DNA of 20,796 nucleotides from positions 1-20,796 of the forward strand of contig NW_021823851.1 in assembly GCF_006345805.1 (NCBI RefSeq), given 5' to 3'. This stretch comes from Octopus sinensis (taxonomy: Eukaryota). Below are positions 1 through 10,262 of this stretch, piece by piece. The stretch's first letter is position 1; each line of letters opens with the position of its first letter. The notes beneath the pieces were generated by a model. It did no database searches. It saw nothing but the letters and a program-made list of their open reading frames with translations, and was not told the origin of the DNA. Both the position numbers and the translations under genes were made by a program.

Positions 1-222
1 ACAAAAACAGGACATACGGCACATCAAACGAAACGAATACAAGCAGGGAGAGCTGTTAGTCTCATACAAGTTAAGGTAGCGAACGCTGGAAGAAGATTCT
101 TTGATAAGAGAAAAGAAAGGAGAGGTGACAGATGGGAATGCGTCTTGACTGCACAACAGATTGAAGGAAAAGAAAGACGATCACGTGAGGCAAGGAAATT
201 TGGACGATGGTAATGGGTGAGC

Positions 223-225
<3 letters not shown>

Positions 226-264
<39 letters not shown>

Positions 265-282
265 AAGGAGGAACAGGGAGAA

Positions 283-315
<33 letters not shown>

Positions 316-316
316 T
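226..316. repeat. (GA)n and (GACA)n microsatellites
   Basis: Pure GA run at 226-262; GA/GACA run at about 282-316. Confidence 0.95.
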
Positions 317-567
317 AGTAAAAAATGAAGGGGAGAAGAAAGAATTAGAGAAAGGATGAGAGAGAAAACGAAAAGGAGAAAGAGAGAGGGAACAGTAAAG
401 GAAAGAGTCGCATCAAATATATACAGATGAAACTTACTTGGAAATGGATGCGTTCAATGAAATAATAATATAAATAATATATATATATATAGGCTATATA
501 TATATATATATGTATATATGCATATATAGACACACATATGTACATACAATGTAATTATATAGGTATG

Positions 568-700
568 CATATATGGGTACAGGACCTCAAAAATCATAAA
601 CAACATGAAATACGAAAATAACGTTGAGTACGCAAAGAACGAAACATGGAATACAAGACAAGTAACATAAAAAACGACCTTTCATCAGTTGTCGGCTGTC
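568..700 (-). mobile_element. Fragment of a (TA)n-associated interspersed repeat, possibly a Penelope-like terminal region
   Basis: Starts catatatgggtacaggac and includes ccttcatcagttgtcggctgtc-like sequence. It is clearly homologous to 17967-18110 and more distantly to 17648-17820. All copies begin at the same end against TA repeats. Strand and class are inferred. Confidence 0.6.
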
Positions 701-771
701 CTGAGAGTAATAAAAATATTGCTCTTGGTACAGTAAAATATATTTGAAAAAATGAGTATTATTAAAAACCA

Positions 772-866
772 ACTGTAAACGTTATCACAACAAAAAATAT
801 CCCCCCAAAAGTCATGTCTACTCATTTTTCCATATTTATTATAAATACGTGTGTGGTGTATGTATG

Positions 867-922
<56 letters not shown>

Positions 923-1097
923 ATATATAAACATATATATGTATGTATTATTCTCTATATATTATGTATATATATAAATACAGATATATATATGTATATA
1001 TATATATAAATATGTTATACACATATATATGAATATGGAAAAATGAGTAGATATGACGTTTTGGGGGATAATTTTTATTGTAATAACGTTTACAATG
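772..1097. repeat. Inverted repeat arms of about 68 bp around a (TA)-rich core
   Basis: actgtaaacgttatcacaacaaaaaatatccccccaaaagtcatgtctactcatttttccatatttat (about 772-840) is a diverged reverse complement of about 1028-1097. Confidence 0.9.
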
Positions 1098-1573
1098 CAT
1101 AATCAATTTAGTGTTGGTAAGCTTTCAACGAACAGAGTACTTATATATAGGGTTGATAAAAGTTTGAGGAACTTTGATATATCAATTTACTCTGGGTAAG
1201 CATAATATTTATGTGTTAATATCCGTTTCGTCAGAGGAGGTAAAGCAAAGTGCAGACCACTTTAAGAGGCCCCTGAGACCAGCAGAGTGAAGGAGGTCAG
1301 GTATCCGTAAGTGAGACACTTAGATCGAATGCTTGCAACAGGACATACACTGCTACAGGTACTCATGGCCCACATACTATTGTTAAACTGAACCACTTGT
1401 TACATTTTGTACCGAAGGACAGAAAGTTGCCGTTCTGATAATTTTCCAACCTTTCCGTCTATCAAATTTTTTTCCGCAAAACCCCTAGTTCAATATGGCG
1501 CTATGCTTATAGACGTTTTCTCAATGTGGTGTGCGGTGAGAAAGAACTCAAATCGACGTAGATGCAAAGCTTG

Positions 1574-1735
1574 TGTTCCAAGAACAATTCACAGAGAAAA
1601 TACTAAGAAACGAAAAAAAAAAAAAAAAGAAAAATGGCGGAAAATATATTTCCTTCAGAATACCGAAGTAAAGTTGTGATCGATGTTATACGGCCATTTA
1701 CTCAATCACAAAGATGAGGGCGGTGCAGAAACGAA
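1574..1735 (+). repeat. About 160-bp segment duplicated at 4086-4245, bracketed by a 33-bp direct repeat
   Basis: tgttccaagaacaattcacagag...gcggtgcagaaacgaa is present at both sites. gaactcaaatcgacgtagatgcaaagcttgtgt occurs at 1544-1576 and 1733-1765. Confidence 0.92.
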
Positions 1736-2332
1736 CTCAAATCGACGTAGATGCAAAGCTTGTGTCTAAACAACACAGACATGCCAGCAGTCAGTAAATT
1801 TACTGAAATTGAACAACACCGAATACTAGTGGAAGATAGCAAACTGAGCTGCGTGCATTTGGAGGTCAAGAACCTTTTCCACTCAGCTAGTATCACTCAT
1901 GAAAGTGAAATCTATTTAACACGTAATATATCTAACAACGATGTTAACAGCTTCTACTTACGTCAATACACTTGTCAGATAGCTTCAAAGTTTTCTCCAT
2001 CAAACACATTATCAAATGGCATAACATTAACAATCGGTTTTTAAGTAATTCCCACAATATGCATCAAAATTTCATAACGATAATGTCAGAAACGAGGATA
2101 TTGTGAAACTCTTAAGCATTCCCATAAAACGCTGACAAGAACAGCTTGGATTATGGCCGAAAAATATTAAAAGTGAATCAATAAATTTCTTTCCTGAAGC
2201 GGTCCTTGATATAGTAAATACGGCCATCATTATTGTCACTAGAAAGATAAAGGTAGAGATGTACTATTTGAGGAGCGGGGTGCATCGGTTTACAAAATTC
2301 TGATTATATTCATTAATAATGGTTAATGAAAA

Positions 2333-2719
2333 GGTGGCGAGCTGGCAGAATCGTTAGAGCGGCGGGCGAAATGCTTAGCAGTATTTCGTCTGCCGCTACG
2401 TTCTGAGATCAAATTCCACCGAGGTCGACTTTGCCTTTCGGGGTCCATAAATTAAGTACCAGTTACGTACTGGGATCGATGTAATCAACTTAATCCGTTT
2501 GTCTGCCTTTGTTTGTCCTCCCTGTGTTTAGCCCCTTGTGGGTAGTAAAGAAATAGGTGATTTCATCTGTCTTTAAGTTCTGAGTTCAAATTCCGCCGAG
2601 GTCTACTTTACATTTCATCCTTTCATGGTCGATAAATTAAGTACCAGTTGTGTACTGGGGTCGATCTAATCGTATCGCCCCTCCCCCAAATGTCGGGCCT
2701 TGTGCCTAGAGTAGAAAAG
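2333..2719 (+). mobile_element. Dimeric tRNA-derived SINE (family A) with an 18-bp target-site duplication
   Basis: A-box-like tggcagaatcgttag, B-box-like gagatcaaattcc and core gtcgactttgccttt...gtaccagtt. A second head-less monomer carries a different tail. Perfect flanking repeat aataatggttaatgaaaa at 2315-2332 and 2720-2737. Confidence 0.9.
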
Positions 2720-3086
2720 AATAATGGTTAATGAAAATTAGTAAAAGGATATACAATTGTGTGAATGGCAAACTGCTGAATACTACAAATTCTAATATGT
2801 TAACATCCGCTGGGCAGATATTTTGCACAATTATGCACAGTTTCTCCTCTCTATCCTAAACTATTATATCAGGTCTGTTGTGCTTAAATTTTATTGAGCT
2901 TTTCACTGGTACATTCCACCAGTATTCATTTTCATTATGAGTGCTATCGACACCGCCGGATTGAATGGTGGTGTCCAGATGTCGAGACCGTAGTGATATC
3001 CGTGGGTCAGCTGATGATGGAGGTTTGTTGTATTGTTGGCGTGGCTGTTTTTATATACGTGTAAAATGGTTATATAACACATCTTT

Positions 3087-3088
<2 letters not shown>

Positions 3089-3130
<42 letters not shown>
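3089..3130. repeat. (TA)n microsatellite
   Basis: Pure TA run. Confidence 0.97.
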
Positions 3131-3131
<1 letters not shown>

Positions 3132-3132
<1 letters not shown>

Positions 3133-3187
3133 GGGCACCAAAATATTTTAAGTGCTTAGGTCCTCTATGGGTTTTAATCCGGCCTTG
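3132..3187 (-). mobile_element. Possible solo terminus of a hAT-like MITE
   Basis: The reverse complement reads caaggccggattaaaacccatagaggacctaagcac...ggtgcccc, resembling CAGGGCCGGATT-type MITE ends (from recall). No partner end was found. Confidence 0.4.
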
Positions 3188-3493
3188 GGGTTGAGAGAAT
3201 AAAGTGCTAGTCAAATACTGGTATACTGGTGCTGATGTAACCCAAACACTATGCCCTCAATTTTTAGTTCCTGTGCTTATGTTAAAAACACTTATTTAAC
3301 CCTTGGTCGGTTCAAATCATTTTCATAAATATTTCCTAAACGTTCATGCTTCTTCTCATACATATAGTCTGCTTTTCTTGCAAATATTTCACAAGTCCCA
3401 TATTACTCTAGCAGTTGAAAAAAAACTGGAATATGTATCACATATGATGCATAGACGTCAAGGAAGTACGTCCTATAAATACTACATGTGGTA

Positions 3494-3693
3494 GGCGGCG
3501 ATCTGACAGAAACTTTGGCGCGCCGAGCAAAATGCTTAGCGGTGTTTCGCCGAGGTCGACTTTGCATTTCATCCTTTCGGGGTCGATAAATAAAGTACCA
3601 TTTTCGCACTGGGGTCGATATAATCGACTTAATGCCTTTGTCTGTCCTTTTTTGTCCCCTCTATGTTTAGCCCCTTGTTGGCAATAAAGAAAT
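3494..3693 (+). mobile_element. SINE family A copy with an internal deletion
   Basis: ggcggcgatctgacagaaac head, then gtttcgccgaggtcgac where the B-box segment is deleted; core and tail ending ggcaataaagaaat are present. Confidence 0.9.
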
Positions 3694-4085
3694 ATATATA
3701 TTATATATATATATATATATGATACTCAAAACAAGGACAAATTCTGAGATGCTTTTAATCGGTAGAATTTCAATGCGATTTAACTGTTGTTTCTACCAAC
3801 TACAGCGCCCGGGGAAGTGACGTGTAAAATAGATATACCATTTCACAGAATTGATTCCGGCAAACAGCGAGAAAAGTCTAGCTAGCATAAATATATATCT
3901 TATTCTATCACACTTCAACTCCAAAAATGCATTACTAGAAAATAGAAGTCCGATGTGACAACATGTACAAAATTTTCACTAAAATTGACTAGCGTTGTTA
4001 TCTTCGAATTCTTTATATTTATTTATACTTTTTTTCATTTCCTTTTCAATGTGTTTCTTTTGAAACTGAATTGTCCGAAAGATTT

Positions 4086-4245
4086 TGTTCCAAGAACAAT
4101 TCACAGAGAAAATACTAAGAAACGAAGAAAAAAAAAAGAAAAAATGGCGGAAAATATATTTCCTTCTGAAAAGCGAAGTAAAGTTGTGATCGATGTTATA
4201 CGGCCATTTACTCAATCACAAAGATGAGGGCGGTGCAGAAACGAA
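4086..4245 (+). repeat. Second copy of the 1574-1735 segment
   Basis: Near-identical to 1574-1735; differs in the poly-A tract and a few substitutions. Confidence 0.92.
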
Positions 4246-4334
4246 GTCTTAATAGAATATTTAGCTTCAGGGGCGGCATTATTGGATACGTGCGCATGTG
4301 TATGCGGGAATTTATTATTTCATGATTGTAAGCA

Positions 4335-4341
4335 TATACGT

Positions 4342-4383
<42 letters not shown>

Positions 4384-4608
4384 TACTCTACATATATGCC
4401 GGCCTCTTTTTTTCTATGTGTCTTATTATTTTCCTAGTAGGCGGATGCGTGCGTCAGTGTGTGCGTAAGTATGTACATGTGTATGTTTGTATGTCTGTGT
4501 GTGTGTGCATGCGCATGCGTGCGTGTAGTAAGAATATATCTACATACATATGTGCATATATCTATATATATGCATATATGTACATAATATATATATGCAT
4601 ATAATATG

Positions 4609-4662
<54 letters not shown>

Positions 4663-4759
4663 TATATGCATATATATAGATATATGCACATATGTATGTA
4701 CATATATATCACACACACACATATATATATATGCAATATATATATATATATATTATATC

Positions 4760-4797
<38 letters not shown>

Positions 4798-5305
4798 AAC
4801 ATACATATATACATTGAACGTAGCCATATATCTATGTGTGTGATACAGCGAAAGACAGAGAGAGAGAGAGAGTGAGAGAGAGAGAGAAAGAGTGAGAAGT
4901 TGTACAATCTTGGAAACGGAAAGAAGAGAACAGCAATAATGGCACAGAAGAAACTAAACACAATGTTTGAGAGAAGTTGGAGAAGAGACATACTTAAGCA
5001 GATACGTACCAACCAATATACATACATACCTAGATATATACCTATATATGCACACTTACATGTGAGCCATAACTGCTTATACACGTATTTACATATATAT
5101 CTATTCGTAATGTGTGTATATCCACATACATGAATAACATTTATATATATTACATACAGACACACACATGCATACAAAACATGTACAAACATATATATAT
5201 ATATATATATAAACACATAAACACCCATATCCATATATATATCAGTATATACACACATACACACGCACATATATATATATGTAGGGTATATATATATGGT
5301 ATATT
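4335..5305. repeat. Compound microsatellite field (TG, TA, GA, CA)
   Basis: Low-complexity dinucleotide arrays. The overlapping IYIY/CVCV ORFs are artefacts. Confidence 0.93.
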
Positions 5306-5524
5306 ATATCTCTGAGCGAGATGTAAACAGTAGCAATGCGGAATAGTAATATATAATTGCTAACCAAGTGTGGCGTTCTATACAGGACGGTGCTACTGTC
5401 GTTTATAGCCTCAGGAAGACATCTCTTCCAGCTGTCTAACGACACACATTCTGTGTCCGATTAGTATTTGTGAGGGAAGCTCATTGATCCCATCCCTAGC
5501 CTTACGTGATACACACTCGAGTTT

Positions 5525-5758
<234 letters not shown>

Positions 5759-6358
5759 CTTTCCCCAACATCAAATGGCCCGAAGGTCACATAGTCTCAG
5801 CAATGACTCATTCCAAGCAAGCACAGGTGGGGTCTCTGCTCAACCTCATAATGCCCTATTCATGGAGCAAGTTGTACTCAGACCAACTAGGGGGAATAAC
5901 ATTCTGGATCTCTGCTTCACGAACAATATGGACATCATTCATGATGTGAAAGTGAAACCGACATTAGTCTCGGATCACAACATAATAGAGCTGTCTATGT
6001 TTGGGCCGAAAGTAACCAGAGGCATACAGCCTAAAGGAAGCACCCGAAATCTCTCCAATCTGAACTTCCACAAAGCAGATTGGAAATCGATCCAAAAAGA
6101 GATCCTCAGAGAGGACTGGCCGAAATGTCTCTCCACACCAGATATTGACATGAAACTAGAACGTTTCATGTCTTCTGTGCAAGCCATATGCCAGAAATAT
6201 GTCCCAGAGCACAAGGCCAAAAGAAATAAGAGTAAAATTCCAAGGGAGAGGAAGATCCTCATGAGAGGACGGGCGAAGATTGCAAATTGACTCAACCAGC
6301 ATCCCAAAAGTAGCGAAATGTCCCGCCTAAAAACAACACTGATGGAGATCGAAAAAGG
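5759..6358 (+). mobile_element. LINE ORF2 fragment (C-terminal AP-endonuclease plus linker), CR1/L2 group, decayed
   Basis: FPNIKW (after the GDFN motif position), PTRGNNILDLCFTN, SDHNIIE, NFHKADW and KYVP are APE/linker motifs. There is a frameshift near 5850 and an in-frame TGA at 6288-6290. Confidence 0.9.
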
Positions 6359-6359
6359 T

Positions 6360-6702
6360 TGCAACGATAGATTGTGAGGAATAGTCCCTTTAGCTTCAAC
6401 CTAATAACTTTAGCTAAAATACATTGGGATGTAGTACCAGAGTTAAGTTCTTCAAAAAAGAGTTTGATTTATGGCTCCGCCACTTAAACTGCCTCTTCTT
6501 CTATCTATAAATAGATAAATTCTTAGTTGTCTCCACTGAACTTAATAGAATAAAAAACCCTCCCCAATAGTAAATCTAAATAACAAAGTAAATTCAGTGA
6601 TAAGTTATCTACCCATGAGAAAAGATCATTTATTACCATATTTCTGTTGATGAGATTCACCTCTCTGCCTATATACCTACCGTCTTTGAAATGTTGGCCA
6701 TT
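6360..6702 (-). mobile_element. Highly degenerate Penelope-like RT fragment (palm/thumb)
   Basis: The minus strand gives INDLFSW (YIDD-like), YSIKFS and EFIYL*I (NFLD-like), then in a shifted frame TLF*RT and KGTIPHNLSL (KSIPYSQ-like). Many stops. Confidence 0.4.
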
Positions 6703-6856
6703 TACATACATACACACATACATACATGCATGGATACATACATACATACATACATACATACATACATACATACATACATACACATACATACATACATACA
6801 CACATACATACATACATACATACATACATACATACATACATACATACATACATACA
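6703..6856. repeat. (TACA)n microsatellite
   Basis: Direct inspection. Confidence 0.97.
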
Positions 6857-7404
6857 TGGGAAAGTGAATACGTATACACATAACTAAACATAAATACAAA
6901 GAAATAATGCAAAACTCAATTCTTCCCATCTACACACAGACAGACAAATAGATCCCATCATTTCTTTTCTTTTCTTTTATTTTAGCGCGGAACAAAGACA
7001 ATGGAAAAAGAAAATATTAATAACTCCATTCCTGCTCAAAACTGAGATTATTCATAATCAAATTCTTGCTGCTTTCGACCACCTATTATAACACAGTCTA
7101 ACTATTTTTATGCGAATCTAATTTCTTTGTTATATCCGATTCGTGTGATGGATATTAGATGGTTGGTTACATAATGAAATTTTACTGGGTATTCACTTAC
7201 TTCCCTCTCTGAGTCATTAATTCTTAGATATTATCAAAGAGCCTATCCCAAATTCGAAAGCTTGAACTTCGCATTCGTATTTAACCCGACGCGGAAGTAA
7301 ATCAAATCAACCTGTTGCAGAGGCCTACATACGGAAATAGATGTATTAGTCATACGCATCCATAAATCCATGTGGCGTACATGTAACTATATGGAGATGA
7401 ATGC

Positions 7405-7425
7405 GTGTATGCGAGTGCGTATGTA

Positions 7426-7456
<31 letters not shown>

Positions 7457-7980
7457 ATCTATCTCTCTATCTATCTCTCTATATATACATAAACAGACAC
7501 ATATATATTTATGTATTTATGTATGCACTTACTAACACATGTCTATATATACTCACAAATTTACATATATATGTAAATATATATATTTGTGTGTGTGTGT
7601 GTCTGTATCTATCTATTTATCTGTTTATCTCTCTATCGCTTTATATATAAATATATATATATATACACACACACCACACATATATATGTATGTATTTATG
7701 TATAGGCTTATATACACATGTCTACATATACACTCACAAATTTACATATGTATATATATATGTGTGTATGTGTGTGTGTATTTGTGTGTATAAGTATGTG
7801 TGTATGATTGCATTGGTATATCTACATATATATACAAATACATATGCACGTATATTTGTATATATGCATATACCTATCTGCATATCTATCTATCAACACA
7901 CACACACACACAAGCACATACGAGTTTGTAAGTGTATATAAATATGTGTGTGTGTGTGTGTGCATGTGTGTGTGTGTACG
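7405..7980. repeat. Compound microsatellite field with an internal duplication of about 180 bp
   Basis: TG/TA/TATC arrays; acacatgtcta..actcacaaatttacatat recurs at about 7535 and 7714. Confidence 0.9.
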
Positions 7981-8049
7981 GAATATTCTATTAGAATATG
8001 CATTTGTACGTATAATATCGAATTCCTTTGATCACATATAAGGCCAATA

Positions 8050-9070
8050 ATTTCTGGGGGAGTTATTATTGGCTGTAGATCACATTACATAACCTGTATT
8101 TCTTTTATCGATCCGGTCTTTGGTAGAAAATTCATCTGGGAAACCGAATCTTCTAATAATGCATTTAGTTCGGCGTTCTAATGACGCTTTCTCGACTCTG
8201 TTCTCACCGCTTCGTTAGTATTATACCTTATATAGCAATAATGAATACGACCAGTGTGATTAAGAGAATAATGATTATGCGGAATGTGGATCGTATTTCT
8301 TAACAGAAAGCCGTCTCTGATCAAATAGACTTATGATGTAAGATATTCCAACGAGGACCATTCCAGAGTTATTAATTTTTCTTCATTAGTGCTGTCGTGA
8401 ATGTCCTTCATCTAGAATATATCTTCCATGAGGTGCCTCACTAGCACGTCTCTCATTGCGCCGTTACTTATGCTGTTCTGCTTGTTCCTGCTGATTTTGT
8501 TCAGTAATAAATCTGTGGAACGTTCTTTTGTGGCGCATACATCGCCTTTTATGGGGCGTCTCGGTTAAGGCAATCATAGTTAGTAGAAATTCGGAAGATT
8601 ATCACGGATTGTCCTCGTTGCCATCACTTCATTGGCGGCCTTGCTTAAGTTCAATGATGAGAGACTGAGGTTCTTATTTGGCAGAAAATGTATCTTGGCA
8701 TCGAAGGGTGAGCTGAGTGGAAATACCAAATTAATTTAAGCTTCTGCAAAATCCCCTTCTGATTCCATAGGAACTCACATGCCCCTTCAATGTCTTGGTT
8801 TTGGAGTTGTTCTTTCAGATTCCTTATCCCGCATTTGTGCCATCCATCTTCCGCTTTCTGCCCTTCCGCACGAATGCGATTATCTAAGGCCTTCTTTGTA
8901 AATGCTCAAAAATCGCCTACAGCTCGGATTTGTACGCCATCATGTCGTGCATTGCTTGAGTCTATGTGCATATCGTGTTGTCTTTGGTCAGGCTGTGTAG
9001 ACTATGTCTCTATGCGTTTTCTAAAATAATGTCTTGCCACCGGTGTGTAAATCCGCTGCTGCCGTTGTCG
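8050..9070 (-). mobile_element. Decayed Penelope-like ORF remnant (N-terminal region plus early RT motifs)
   Basis: The minus strand gives long reading stretches with scattered stops. NLPNFY*L*LP*PRRPI resembles PLE P.FYGLPKIHK..P.RPI, and KLITLEWSSL resembles LVTLDVSSL. Confidence 0.5.
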
Positions 9071-9163
9071 TCGGTATAATATGCAAGCTTATTATACTGG
9101 AGACAAATTTATACACTGCTTTCTTTTCAAAGTAGTTTGTAACTCTTCTGAGATTTTACTGTT

Positions 9164-9951
9164 ATTTCTTATTTCTTTATAGCCCACAAGGGGCTACACA
9201 TAGAGGGGACAAACAAGGACAGATAAACGGATTAAGTCGATTAAAACGACCCCAGTGCGTAACTGGTACTTTATTTCTCGACCCCGAAAGGATGAAAGGC
9301 AAAGTCGACCTCGGCGGACTTTGAACTCAGAACGTAACGGCAGACGAAATACCTATTTCTTTACTAACCACATAGGGCTAAACACAGAGAGGACAAACAA
9401 GGACAGGCAAACGGATTAAATCGATTACATCGACACCAGTGCGTAACTGGTACTTGATTTATCGACCCCCCAAAGGATGAAAGGTAAAGTCGATCTCGGC
9501 AGAATTTAAACTCAGAACGTAGCGGCAGACGAAATACCTATTTCTTTACTAACCACATAGGGCTAAACACAGAGAGGACAAACAAGGACAGGCAAACGGA
9601 TTAAATCGATTACATCGACACCAGTGCGTAACTGGTACTTGATTTATCGACCCCCCAAAGGATGAAAGGTAAAGTCGATCTCGGCAGAATTTGAACTCAG
9701 AACGTAGCGGCAGACGAAATACCTATTTCTTTACTAACCACATAGGGCTAAACACAGAGAGGACAAACAAGGACAGGCAAACGGATTAAATGGATTGCAT
9801 CGACCCCAGTGCGTAACTGGTACTTAATTTATCGACCCCCAAAGGATGAGAGGAAAAGTCGACCTCGGCGGAATTTGAACTCAGAACGTAACGGCAGACG
9901 AAATACTGCTAAGCATTTCGCCCGGTGTGCTAACGTTTCTGCCAGCTCGCC
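9164..9951 (-). mobile_element. Tandem array of four SINE family A units (185-bp period); only one has the 5' head
   Basis: Unit boundaries gaaatac|ctatttc at 9352/9353, 9537/9538 and 9722/9723. The head ends at ...gccagctcgcc (9951). Confidence 0.95.
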
Positions 9952-9982
9952 TCCCGTACTGTTTTGCTGTTATTTCTAACAG

Positions 9983-10026
9983 CTCATATGACCGACGATG
10001 AGGCACGGGAAAGTAATTGGAGGTAT
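9983..10026 (+). other. Candidate micro-exon
   Basis: Pyrimidine tract ending ttatttctaacAG; donors GTATGT (10023) and GTAAGT (10027); one open frame, HMTDDEARESNWRY. No homology recognised. Confidence 0.3.
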
Positions 10027-10262
10027 GTAAGTCGGACGCAATGAATAATGCATAGTAAAATGTACACACAAGGTACTTAACATACTGAACTGCGAATAAT
10101 GCTGTATAGTTAAATGTGGGCTAACATACTTAGCATAGATAACAAAGCGTAATGTTTAACTAATTGAAATGAAGCCAGCACTGGAAAGAAACGCCATGAG
10201 CGTTAATGATAATTTTTCTCACAGAAAAGAAAGTCAGCGAGCACTGAAAATTAAATTGATTA

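Noticed and set aside
24-224. 66-aa minus ORF and purine-rich + strand stretch
   Set aside because: No recognisable motif, short, and runs into (GA)n; probably a repeat fragment that cannot be classified from sequence alone.
1230-1312. Possible exon between tcgtcAG and GTATCC/GTAAGT
   Set aside because: Stops appear in all three frames and the acceptor is weak.
2949-2975. Hairpin gacaccgcc...ggtggtgtc near a ctgatga motif
   Set aside because: No downstream GAAA/stem geometry for a hammerhead; an isolated short stem is expected by chance.
6961-7090. Strong-looking acceptor ttttcttttattttAG followed by AEQRQWKKK...
   Set aside because: The tract is a (TTTTC)n simple repeat, the frame stops after about 34 codons, and there is no donor or homology.
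9164-9951. CRISPR-like array
   Set aside because: The units are wholly repeated SINE bodies without unique spacers, in a eukaryotic context with no cas genes.
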